Source of the DNA: Eledone cirrhosa
Taxonomy: Eukaryota
Direction: 5' to 3'
Assembly (NCBI GenBank): GCA_964016885.1
Contig: OZ024741.1
Coordinates: 55,056,001-55,120,000, forward strand
DNA length: 64,000 nt
Under the pieces are notes generated by a model. It was not told the origin of the DNA. It made no database searches and saw nothing but the letters and a program-made list of their open reading frames with translations. The translations under genes and the position numbers were made by a program. This document shows positions 44,281 through 57,049 of the stretch, piece after piece (position 1 is the first letter of the stretch; each line of letters starts with the position of its first letter).

Positions 44281-45839
44281 ACATAAGAAAGACGGTCGGT
44301 GTAAATTAGTCTCTAACCATTATCCCTAGTCGTTTAAAGATGTATTGTGGTAAGTGTAAAAAATAGTATGTTTTTTAGAGAGCACTAACGGTGTAAATAG
44401 AACATTACATGTAAATAATAACGATAACAAAGGTTTTGTAATGTAACCCTGGATATGTTTATTAGTTTTTTTAATATTTCGAGATAAACTCCCTTCATCA
44501 ACAGAAGACTTAAAGTAACTAAACCGGAATAAGACAACTTGTAGTTTTCTCATGCTGGTATTTTTTAACCTGAAAGTAATGTTCTTTTCAAACTCTAGAA
44601 GTGATAAAGGGATCACGTAATGTGTTCACATGGGGATCACGTGATACGAAGGGGCGTGAGATTCTTTTATTTATTTATTTGTCAATTTATTATTTCTTGT
44701 TCTTTGTAGTAGTAGCATTGTTGTGGGTATTAATCTTTTTATTTCCTTGTTGTGGGTGAATTGATAGATGTTTACCTTAAAAGAAACAGCAACTTACTTT
44801 TACTACGTAAGAATTTATTCAAAATGGAAGTTGTTAAAATAGTCGTTGTACAGATACAGTAGACCTGTGACAATCGATCTATTTGTAAACCGGTAGAATG
44901 ATATTTGAAGTTGATGTTGTTATTATTTCTGGTTGGTTAAACGACTGCATAAAGCCCCTTTTTTTGGTGCAACGTTGATTCTAAATGGTGGTGTTAAAAT
45001 GAGTTAACTCAAAATACTGGAAGTTATTACAAATTGATTCAAATTGCTAGATGCTGAGATCTTTTTTTCAAGACATTGTATGTTAAAAGAGTTAATTTTG
45101 AAAAGCTGATTTTAAAAGAATTAATTCCAAATGGTGATTGTTAAAAAAAAAAGGGTTTATTTAAAATGTTGAATATTAAAACGTTTTCATTAAAAAATGG
45201 TGAATGTTAAGAATTCATACAAAATAATGAATGCTAAAAACGAAACGTGCTTCTCGGAAACACAGTATAATAATGGCCGTATACAAGTAACAAACAATTC
45301 TTTACACTATTAAACTGGTGTCCTTTCACAAATTTAAGAAAAGACCACTTTGTTTCGCTGCTTTATTTCATTATATTTTCGCTATTTTTCATCTTTTATT
45401 TTTCGATACTTTTTCTTTCTCGATAAATATCATTCAAATTATTTTCAAATTCAAACTATTTTCAAATTTATACAAATGTACGTGTACGTGTTTGTGTGTA
45501 CATGTTTAAATGTGTGTGCGTACGTGTTTGTGTGTGCATTTGCGTGTGAGTCCGTGTGTATGTGTGTTTGTTTGTGCGTGTGTATATATGTTTGTATGAA
45601 CGTGTTGGAGCGTATGTGTGTTTGCGTTTGTGTGTGCTTGTGTGCGTGATTTTTAAGCGTGTGTGTATGCGTGTTTATGTGTGGTTTGGGGGCATGGGGG
45701 TAATACAAACTTTAGTCTGGATAATACATGCAGTATTTCTTCTTTTCATGCTTCTTTTTTTCTTCTTCATTTTCTTCTTTTTTGTCCACTTATTCCTGGG
45801 AGGATCGTGGAGCGAGAATCTTCAAGCACACCTCCAACA

Positions 45840-46950
45840 GGTCCTGTCAAAAGCAATTGTCTTCAATTGATCCAGCTGGATCCCCAAGCAAGAACAGCCG
45901 AGCTTATGGATGTTATCCAATCATCTTTCTCTGAATATACCCCTGGGTCGGCTGCCGGTTGACTTTGCATGTAAAATCTGTCCAGCGATTCTTTCTTTAA
46001 ACATTCTTATCGGAGCTATGATCTCTCAATTCAGAGAATTAGTGGCTCTACCTGAAGATACTCCCTGAAATCCGAGCTACGAATTCCATCAAGTAACGTT
46101 ATTCCAAAGACCCTTCGGATAAATACCAGTTTAGCCTAATATATTCGCGGTCGTATTCTTTCGGTCATGACTATAAGTAAGGATTGGCCCGAATACAGAC
46201 TTGAAGATAGCAAGTTCGGCTTTTACACCTACCTTCTTTCGTCTAATTTCCAAATGCTGAAGCAGATACATTACTGCACAAGCTCCTGCACTTAATTCTT
46301 CTGCTGGAAAACGGCGTTCATAATAGAGGACCTATTACTAGAACAGACGATTTTGATCGGGATCGAGTTTTTTCTAATAATACCTTTCCATTAAGGCTTG
46401 AGGGGCTTGTTCAAAGCGCCTATTGTAGTCTCCATCCAAAGTTGTTAGAATTAACAGTGGAGCTGCGACCTGAGAGGCGTCGAATTTACGCACAAAGGCT
46501 GCGTATCCTGAGACCCCAAACAGGGTCTTGAAGCTCTGTTACTTTACAACCCTTACAGGTAAAGAGCAGGAATTTCCTCAACAAAGTTATATGGCTCTGG
46601 TAGTGGGAATTTGGATGGAGGATGCAGTATTTTGAAAAACAATATTCGAAAATATAATATCCTCTTCTATCTGAGTTTATCATGTATCTACAATTAGAAA
46701 TTCTCTGGGGCACTGATCAGGGTGAGAGTCTTTATGTAAGATTAACAGTTGCCTTTGAAACAAGTATCCCTTTTGCAACGACATTGATGTTGTCCAAGGG
46801 AAAGACGTTCTTGTACCGAGTACTGTTCCCATACCTGGTCTGGTGCTCCTGCACACCGCCTGAATATGTCCTTTCTGTCCCTTTTTTATAAATATTTTCA
46901 TAAGAATTGTTCTAATGAACTTTCCTCTTTGTGGCTTCGTTTTTACGAGT
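45840..46950 (-). pseudogene. Decayed RTE LINE (same type as 21750-22045)
   Basis: Minus translation pieces: KAELAIFKSVFGPILTY, MTERIRPRI, FIRRVFGITLLDGIRSSDFREYLQVEPL, RPRG...LDNIHKLGCSCLGI. Confidence 0.7.
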
Positions 46951-48186
46951 TTAAACGGAAAACCAGATTGGTGGCTATGTCACATTCATTTCCATTTGAA
47001 CTTCTTAAATGCAATCACAAATGCTAATCTGACAGTTTCTTCCCTTGCACATCTCACCTAGGGAAGTTTCTTCCGATTTCTTGCTTTCCTAACTACTACA
47101 ATTTGCAAACATTCAACCGCAACATGAAATGTCAATTTCTGTCTCCTTGAATTATATTCTCTCTGTCTTATTTTTGTTCCCATCTCATTAACCCTTTGCA
47201 TTTTAGTGGCTTTATTGCCTTGCTTGGTTGAACAAAAACATGTAGAGAGCCAGAATAAATACCACTCATAACTGGCATTTTATGTTATCAACAGGATGAC
47301 AACCATAATTGACTTCGTCAGTATTTGAACACAAAACATAAAGAACTGAAAGACACAGGCTTCTCAGGGCATTTTGTGAAACACTTTAACGATTTTGCAA
47401 ATCTATTTGAACCTATTCGGATCTATCAATACATGTAAAAATGCTGTTTGGCACTTAAACTTTGTAAAGGCTAAATTTTGAATTTTCCTTACGGAGAAAA
47501 ATTGTATGAAAATCGATATAAAGGAGATAATATATTTATTGGTCGAAGTTTGTTTTATGAGTTTATTGACTTACATCAGTATATAGAACAATAAAACATT
47601 AAATGTATATAATAGTTGTTTTTTTTTTATATTATAGAATGGATGTTTTTTTCGATTTTTATTTTATTTTTCTCTGTGTACATGACCCTATATTATCTGA
47701 GTCCATTTTCAAATTGTCTTCTGACTTATATAACTCCCTCTACGATTCTTTTATTATATTTACATCTTTTTAGAATTCCATTTAGAATCTAGGATACCAT
47801 TAAATCGACCCCAATATTGTATAGGTACTCTGTTCTATCGAGCCGGAAGTATGATCAACCGAGTATACCTCAGTGTAATTTAAAGTCAGTACCTAAAGAG
47901 CCATAACAAAATACCGCGAGCATTTTGTCCGGTGTTCTAACGATTTTAGCTGATATGCATCCATTTTTCATGTGCTTTCAAAAATTGTAACTATCGATTT
48001 AATTGAAATTAGGACATCGTATAGAATTCTTTGTTTTATTCTATATGGTTCTCTGTGCTATGAGTTCAAATTGCACTAAGGCCAACTTCCCTTACTTTTC
48101 ATCATTTCGGGGTCGATAAATAAAGTACGATTCGAGCAAAAAGGTTGAGTTTACCCTCTCTCTTTCTCTTCTATCTCTCTCTCTCT

Positions 48187-48230
<44 letters not shown>

Positions 48231-48360
48231 TAAAATTTCCTTATCGAGCCCTCTTTGGATTTTAGTCTTCAATTTTATTATTATTACTATATATATATAT
48301 ATATGTAAGTATGTGTGTATACGTACATACATATATGTATACAGACGTACAGTAGCATGC

Positions 48361-48433
<73 letters not shown>

Positions 48434-48586
48434 TACAGGTACACATACATATATGCACGTATCAGTTTAGCGGACGCTTATTATAACGCCGCTTTGTTCA
48501 TTTGTAAACAAACTGAACAGCCTGAATTTTATGCCGTATGGTGTTAAGGCAACCACGTCACCTTTTTGTTCAACGCTGACACAGGA

Positions 48587-48629
48587 ACGATGTACTAGTT
48601 TCAAGCTTGTTAGCTATCATCAGCACCGT
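48587..48629 (-). ncRNA. Minimal type I hammerhead, unit 1 (others start at 49073, 49587, 50103, 50621, 51145, 51639, 52131, 52637, 53125)
   Basis: acggtg CTGATGA t agc-taacaa-gct t GAAA ctag TA catcgt: 6-bp stem I, 3-bp stem II, palindromic ACTAGT stem III, GUA triplet. Confidence 0.85.
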
Positions 48630-48703
48630 ATACCCTTCTGCCAGATAATTGAACGTTCGAAAGTATATACTTTCCTAATGAAAATTAACGGGTGAGCAGC
48701 CTA

Positions 48704-48711
48704 ATTTGCAT
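48704..48711. promoter_or_regulatory. Octamer motif ATTTGCAT (present in every array unit)
   Basis: Exact match to the POU/Oct consensus, inside a block gcagcctaatttgcatatcgagt conserved with the 31.5-kb subfamily. Function is inferred only. Confidence 0.45.
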
Positions 48712-48865
48712 ATCGAGTGAGTCAAGTCGGTCAGGCATCCCGAAAACGATAAGTTGAAATAAAATGAAAACGAAATTTCATTTCTCACTCTTAGTACGGC
48801 ACTTACTTAAATGTAAGTATGTGTATATACGTACATACACACATGTATACAGACGTACAGTAGCA

Positions 48866-48911
<46 letters not shown>

Positions 48912-49354
48912 CATACACATACAGGTACACATACATATATGCACGTATCAGTTTAGCGGACGCTTATTATAACGCCGCTTTGTTCATTTGTAAACAAACC
49001 GAACAGCCTGAATTTTATGTTGTATGGTGTTAAGGCAACCACGTCACCTTTTTGTTCAACACTGACACAGGAACGATGTACTAGTTTCAAGCTTGTTAGC
49101 TATCATCAGCACCGTATACCCTTCTGCCAGATAATTGAACGTTCGAAAGTATATACTTTCCTAATGAAAATTAACGGCTGAGCAGCCTAATTTGCATATC
49201 GAGTGAGTCAAGTCGGTCAGGCATACCGAAGACGATAAGTTGAAATAAAATGAAAACGAAATTTCATTTCTCACTCTTAGTACGGCACTTACTTAAATGT
49301 AAGTATGTGTGTATACGTACATACATATATGTTTACAGACGTACAGTAGCATGC

Positions 49355-49419
<65 letters not shown>

Positions 49420-49868
49420 TACACACATATACATACAGGTACACATACATACATGCACGTATCAGTTTAGCGGACGCTTATTATAACGCCGCTTTGTTCA
49501 TTTGTAAATAAACTGAACAGCCTGAATTTTATGTTGTATGGTGTTAAGGCAACCACGTCACCTTTTTGTTCAACACTGACACAGGAACGATGTACTAGTT
49601 TCAAGCTTGTTAGCTATCATCAGCACCGTATACCCTTCTGCCAGATAATTGAACGTCCGAAAGTATATACTTTCCTAATGAAAATTAACGGCTGAGCAGC
49701 CTAATTTGCATATCGAGTGAGTCAAGTCGGTCAGGCATACCGAAAACGATAAGTTGAAATAAAATGAAAACGAAATTTAATTTCTCACTCTTAGTACGGC
49801 ACTTACTTAAATGTAAGTATGTGTGTATACGTACATACATATATGTATACAGACGTACAGTAGCATGC

Positions 49869-49949
<81 letters not shown>

Positions 49950-50381
49950 TACAGGTACACATACATATATGCACGTATCAGTTTAGCGGACGCTTATTAT
50001 AACGCCGCTTTGTTCATTTGTAAACAAACTGAACAGCCTGAATTTTATGCCGTATGGTGTTAAGGCAACCACGTCACCTTTTTGTTCAACACTGACACAG
50101 GAACGATGCACTAGTTTCAAGCTTGTTAGCTATCATCAGCACCGTATACCCTTCTGCCAGATAATTGAACGTTCGAAAGTATATACTTTCCTAATGAAAA
50201 TTAACGGGTGAGCAGCCTAATTTGCATATCGAGTGAGTCAAGTCGGTCAGGCATCCCGAAAACGATAAGTTGAAATAAAATGAAAACGAAATTTCATTTC
50301 TCACTCATAGTACGGCACTTACTTAAATGTAAGTATGTGTATATACGTACATACACACATGTATACAGACGTACAGTAGCA

Positions 50382-50459
<78 letters not shown>

Positions 50460-50899
50460 CATACACATACAGGTACACATACATATATGCACGTATCAGT
50501 TTAGCGGACGCTTATTATAACGCCGCTTTGTTCATTTGTAAACAAACCGAACAGCCTGAATTTTATGCTGTATGGTGTTAAGGCAACCACGTCACCTTTT
50601 TGTTCAACACTGACACAGGAACGATGTACTAGTTTCAAGCTTGTTAGCTATCATCAGCACCGTATACCCTTCTGCCAGATAATTGAACGTCCGAAAGTAT
50701 ATACTTTCCTAATGAAAATTAACGGCTGAGCAGCCTAATTTGCATATCGAGTGAGTCAAGTCGGTCAGGCATACCGAAGACGATAAGTTGAAATAAAATG
50801 AAAACGAAATTTCATTTCTCACTCTTAGTACGGCACTTACTTAAATGTAAGTATGTGTGTATACGTACATACATATATGTATACAGACGTACAGTAGCA

Positions 50900-50977
<78 letters not shown>

Positions 50978-51426
50978 TACACACATATACATACAGGTAC
51001 ACATACATACATGCACGTATCAGTTTAGCGGACGCTTATTATAACGCCGCTTTGTTCATTTGTAAATAAACTGAACAGCCTGAATTTTATGTTGTATGGT
51101 GTTAAGGCAACCACGTCACCTTTTTGTTCAACACTGACACAGGAACGATGTACTAGTTTCAAGCTTGTTAGCTATCATCAGCACCGTATACCCTTCTGCC
51201 AGATAATTGAACGTCCGAAAGTATATACTTTCCTAATGAAAATTAACGGCTGAGCAGCCTAATTTGCATATCGAGTGAGTCAAGTCGGTCAGGCATACCG
51301 AAAACGATAAGTTGAAATAAAATGAAAACGAAATTTCATTTCTCACTCTTAGTACGGCACTTACTTAAATGTAAGTATGTGTGTATACGTACATACATAT
51401 ATGTATACAGACGTACAGTAGCATGC

Positions 51427-51461
<35 letters not shown>

Positions 51462-51917
51462 AATATATATACACACACATATACATACAGGTACACATAC
51501 ATATATGCACGTATCAGTTTAGCGGACGCTTATTATAACGCCGCTTTGTTCATTTGTAAACAAACTGAACAGCCTGAATTTTATGCCGTATGGTGTTAAG
51601 GCAACCACGTCACCTTGTTGTTCAACACTGACACAGGAACGATGTACTAGTTTCAAGCTTGTTAGCTATCATCAGCACCGTATACCCTTCTGCCAGATAA
51701 TTGAACGTTCGAAAGTATATACTTTCCTAATGAAAATTAACGGGTGAGCAGCCTAATTTGCATATCGAGTGAGTCAAGTCGGTCAGGCATCCCGAAAACG
51801 ATAAGTTGAAATAAAATGAAAACGAAATTTCATTTCTCACTCTTAGTACGGCACTTACTTAAATGTAAGTGCGTGTATATACGTACATACACACATGTAT
51901 ACAGACGTACAGTAGCA

Positions 51918-51969
<52 letters not shown>

Positions 51970-52408
51970 CATACACATACAGGTACACATACATATATGC
52001 ACGTATCAGTTTAGCGGACGCTCATTATAACGCCGCTTTGTTCATTTGTAAACAAACCGAACAGCCTGAATTTTATGTTGTATGGTGTTAAGGCAACCAC
52101 GTCACCTTTTTGTTCAACACTGACACAGGAACGATGTACTAGTTTCAAGCTTGTTAGCTATCATCAGCACCGTATACCTTTCTGCCAGATAATTGAACGT
52201 CCGAAAGTATATACTTTCCTAATGAAAATTAACGGCTGAGCAGCCTAATTTGCATATCGAGTTAGTCAAGTCGGTCAGGCATACCGAAGACGATAAGTTG
52301 AAATAAAATGAAAACGAAATTTCATTTCTCACTCTTAGTACGGCACTTACTTAAATGTAAGTATGTGTGTATACGTACATACATATATGTATACAGACGT
52401 ACAGTAGC

Positions 52409-52465
<57 letters not shown>

Positions 52466-52914
52466 TACATACACACATATACATACAGGTACACATACAT
52501 ACATGCACGTATCAGTTTAGCGGACGCTTATTATAACGCCGCTTTGTTCATTTGTAAATAAACTGAACAGCCTGAATTTTATGTTGTATGGTGTTAAGGC
52601 AACCACGTCACCTTTTTGTTCAACACTGACACAGGAACGATGTACTAGTTTCAAGTTAGTTAGCTATCATCAGCACCGTATACCCTTCTGCCAGATAATT
52701 GAACGTTCGAAAGTATATACTTTCCTAATGAAAATTAACGGCTGAGCAGCCTAATTTGCATATCGAGTTAGTCAAGTCGGTCAGGCATACCGAAGACGAT
52801 AAGTTGAAATAAAATGAAAACGAAATTTCATTTCTCACTCTTAGTACGGCACTTACTTAAATGTAAGTATGTGTGTATACGTACATACATATATGTATAC
52901 AGACGTACAGTAGC

Positions 52915-52957
<43 letters not shown>

Positions 52958-53403
52958 TACACACATATACATACAGGTACACATACATACATGCACGTAT
53001 CAGTTTAGCGGACGCTTATTATAACGCCGCTTTGTTCATTTGTAAATAAACTGAACAGCCTGAATTTTATGTTGTATGGTGTTAAGGCAACCACGTCACC
53101 TTTTTGTTCAACACTGACACAGGAACGATGTACTAGTTTCAAGTTTGTTAGCTATCATCAGCACCGTATACCCTTCTGCCAGATAATTGAACGTTCGAAA
53201 GTATATACTTTCCTAATGAAAATTAACGGGTGAGCAGCCTAATTTGCATATCGAGTGAGTCAAGTCGGTCAGACATCCCGAAAACGATAAGTTGAAATAA
53301 AATGAAAACGAAATTTCATTTCTCACTCTTTGTACGGCACTTACTTAAATGTAAGTATGTGTGTATACGTACATACATATATGTATACAGACGTACAGTA
53401 GCA

Positions 53404-53487
<84 letters not shown>

Positions 53488-53547
53488 CATATAAGTAAGT
53501 GCCGTACTAAGAGTGAGAAATGAAATTTCGTTTTCATTTTATTTCAA

Positions 53548-53622
<75 letters not shown>

Positions 53623-53626
<4 letters not shown>

Positions 53627-53806
53627 TTAATATAGAAAGGCTTCTACAGGACTAGAACTGTTTCATTCGGTAGAAATCATCATCATTCTACCGAATGAAA
53701 CAGTTCTAGTCCTGTAGAAGCCTTTCTATATTAAATATTTATACTCTGCTTTGTATTGAGTACCTTACTTACTGTGGTTACCTCCGATTGAACCCGGGAT
53801 AAACTT
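53623..53806. mobile_element. Hairpin pLTR footprint (3811 family)
   Basis: 53623-53675 pairs perfectly with 53686-53738, followed by the family tail. Confidence 0.75.
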
Positions 53807-53832
53807 ATATATATATATATAAAGGAATGATC

Positions 53833-54027
53833 GACTTTCGTCAAATCGGACCGAGGAAACAGTGTTTCCATTGGTCTTTCCAATTGCTAATACTATCTAT
53901 CGGTCGCAACTCCAGGTAGAAGGAGCAACGTGAAATAAAGTGTATTGCTTAAGGACATAACGCATCGCCCGGTCCGGGAATCGAACTCACAACCTCACGA
54001 TTGCGAATCCAATTCTCTAACCACTCG
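53833..54027 (-). mobile_element. SINE B copy
   Basis: Reverse complement of the 17654 element; B-box gagttcgattcc. Confidence 0.8.
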
Positions 54028-54985
54028 TTGACCACTAATAACACTAAATACAATTGATAATAATTAACGTTTTTCGTGCTTTCAATTAATCTGACCTCCA
54101 ACAAGTACACTGTTGACTTATTTACCGAAAATAGAATGGGGGCATGTTGGGAGAGATTTTACTGCTCTTTCTAGCACCCAGGTACTGTCTGTTTGTCCGT
54201 CATGCTATCTATATATAGAGAGAGTGAAACACTACACTAAATCTCACTTATTCCACCTCCTAGTCTCTCTGACTAACTAAAACGTAATGTATGCATTTCT
54301 GTATGTGTGTGTATGTGTATCTGTGTATTTCTCTATGTGTGTGTGTGTGTGTGTGTGTTTCTGTATGGCCAACAATGCAATACAGACTTAAAAAAAAGAC
54401 TTTCACTATAATTGTTTCTACTTTTGGCACAAGGCCAGCAATTATCCCAGTGCATTACTGGTACTTTATTTTATCGACCCCGTAAGGATGAAAGGCAAAG
54501 TTGGGTGATTATTATCGTTGTTGTTGTTATTCTGACTCACTTGCCAACGATACCTTTTTCCGAAAACGGAGGCAATGAGAAGGGGAACCCCTGGAGTTAC
54601 AGATAAGTACATCTAAGCCTTATTTTCCTAGGATTTTTCGTGTGTTTTCAACTAATGTGACCTCCAACATGCTCGCACTCGCCTTTTTCCGAAAACGGAG
54701 AGAGAGAATTTATTAAGTATGAGTGCAAATACGTCAACAATGGTTCCGATGCTGCCATGTTTGCACTACAAAAATGAAATATATCCGATGAGGTTCCCAA
54801 CCCGGCCGATATATCAAGAGTAGAGAGGGGGCGAGAGGTTAACCCTCCGATTTGCCAAGTCTTGGAAATTTCTTCTGTGGGCATTTTTTAATAGTTTTGG
54901 GGATTTAGGAATTTTATTTTCGACCAATCTCACATCTGACTCACTTGTAACGGCTCCTTTTTCCGAAAATGGAGATACGGAGTGA

Positions 54986-55043
<58 letters not shown>

Positions 55044-55048
<5 letters not shown>

Positions 55049-55211
55049 ATATAGAGATAGTTTCTACAGGACTAGAACTGTTTCATTCGAGAGAAATCAT
55101 CAGGAAGCCCTGATAGAAGTCCTGTAGAAGCCATTTCTATATTAAATATTTATACTCTTCTATGTATTGGGTACCTTACTTATTGTGGTTACCTCCGATT
55201 GAACCTGGGAT

Positions 55212-55215
<4 letters not shown>
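55044..55215. mobile_element. HHR-bearing pLTR footprint (3811 family)
   Basis: Minus strand 55059-55109: ggcttc CTGATGA tttctctcgaat GAAA cagttctagtcctg TA gaa. Confidence 0.7.
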
Positions 55216-55302
<87 letters not shown>

Positions 55303-55344
55303 AATAATATTAATAAATGGAAACTATCTTTATAAAACCATATT

Positions 55345-55405
55345 TATTTTATTATATATATTTCAAGGTTACCAAAATGTTGGTACGCACTCCTCAGATA
55401 AAATA
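55345..55405 (-). ncRNA. Minimal type I hammerhead (27819 family)
   Basis: tattttat CTGAGGA gtgcg tacca-acattt-tggta acctt GAAA tatata TA ataaaata; 8-bp stem I. Confidence 0.7.
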
Positions 55406-55620
55406 CAAAAGGTGTTTTACAGATAGTGACATATTCAAACTAGAACTTAATGTTGTGAGTTCTATTTGAATAGTGAAGAAAAACTTCAAATCACAAGATG
55501 AATATGCTAATGAGGATAACGTTAAAATCGAAAAAGACCGTTGTGTTTAGACGCTAGGTAAATTTAAATAATTATTAGAATTATGTTTTTATAAGAAAAG
55601 GAAATGGAGGTTATTATTAG

Positions 55621-55800
55621 GCTTTGGCAGTATCGGTAGAGGGTCGGACGCCATGCTTTGCAGCAAAGAGTTAAGTCCCTTTCCATTCTGAGTTCAAATC
55701 CCGCGGAGGTCAACTTTGCCTTTCATCTTTACTGGGTCGATAAAATAAAATACCAGTAATGCACTGGGTAATTGCTGGTCTTGTGCCAAAAGTAGAAACA
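55621..55800 (+). mobile_element. SINE A copy with short TSD
   Basis: attattagg at 55613-55621 and 55801-55809. Confidence 0.8.
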
Positions 55801-57049
55801 ATTATTAGGGTGGAAGAAAATTTAAGGAAAGATTTTAAGAAAAAATATATTGAAGTTATTAATAGACTATTTATAGGAATGTACGTATATAATTGTCCGG
55901 AACATATTTGTGAGGGTGTAGAGAGAATGAAATAATTATATTTATTTTTATTTATTTTATTATTTTATTATATATTTTGGAAGTATTTATGATATAATGT
56001 GTGAATTATAAATAAATGTATTAAAGTGAGAGAATATTAATTTAAATTGTGAAAGGTATCTTGTATTTATATATACGATTGGGCCTATTCTATTGGTGTG
56101 TTTTAATATTATGAAGATTGCAGTTATAAGTATATTTTATGGAGATTGTAGTTATAAGTATATTTTATTATATTATAGGAGGTTAGTTGTATATATATAA
56201 ATAGTTTGGGTGAGTATATATGTTATTAATTTAATAGATATAGATAAATAATTTATATATATTTTTCGTTTACGTTTAAACTTCATCTGTTCCGTCTTGG
56301 TAACAATCCCCATTATACGTTTTTACTGCTCTAAATTCGAAATGTTTTCATCAATGAGATCCACAAATTCTGTAACATTTTCACTGCCTATTCTAGTCTT
56401 TACAGATGCAAATATTTCTACTCTACTACAGTGCCTAGAACCTCAGATTAGAGTTTTATTTCTTCATCATTTTGAATTTTTATTGGGCATTCATTTTCAT
56501 AAAAACCCATTCCATGAACATTTGTTAAACATAAACCACCATCATTAATCATTTCTTAAATGTGATGGTACACCGTTGATGCTGCACCATCCTCTGTACT
56601 TATACTCCCCTCCAACACACAACACTAGCGATATGGATCCCCAATCGTTGCTTGAACCTGTTGACCCACCCAGACAATGTTTCAGAATTTTCTCCTCAGT
56701 TTCGTTTTCTACATTCCTTCTTTGAACTGCTTCAAACATGTATCTCTAGCATATAGCGCAGTAAATTGAATTCTCGTACGTAGAATTCGAATTTTTTCTG
56801 GCGAAGAATAAACCGCTTCATATAATGTGTTTCAATGGCTATTTGCTATAGTCACAAAGTTAGTCGCCTGAGTAAAGTGGTATAAGTCTGTACAATTTAA
56901 CAATTAGGCTCCTGAAATCGATTATCAGTGCACGTATTGGAATGTATATATTACAATAATGATTTCCATTTCATTCACACGTAAACTTATCAGGCTTTAT
57001 GTCTACTTAATATTTGTATTATGTCGCTTATATATTTATTTATTTATTT

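Larger units (their letters stand above)
48303..53551 (-). mobile_element. Tandem array of ten ~486-524-bp non-coding units, each with a hammerhead ribozyme (candidate non-LTR retrozyme)
   Basis: Unit marker atgaaaacgaaattt at 48764, 49250, 49764, 50280, 50798, 51322, 51816, 52308, 52814 and 53302. Length variation lies in the (TA)n tract. Inverted 60-bp fragment at 53492-53551. Confidence 0.92.

Noticed and set aside
48764-53523. Repeated [10 protein letters not shown] peptide ORFs in the array
   Set aside because: They run into variable (TA)n tracts, end in different frames and lie on the non-ribozyme strand.
56280-56900. Minus-strand PLE coding remnant upstream of the 55345 HHR
   Set aside because: Only a weak KTRIG...FVDLID resemblance; too decayed to call.
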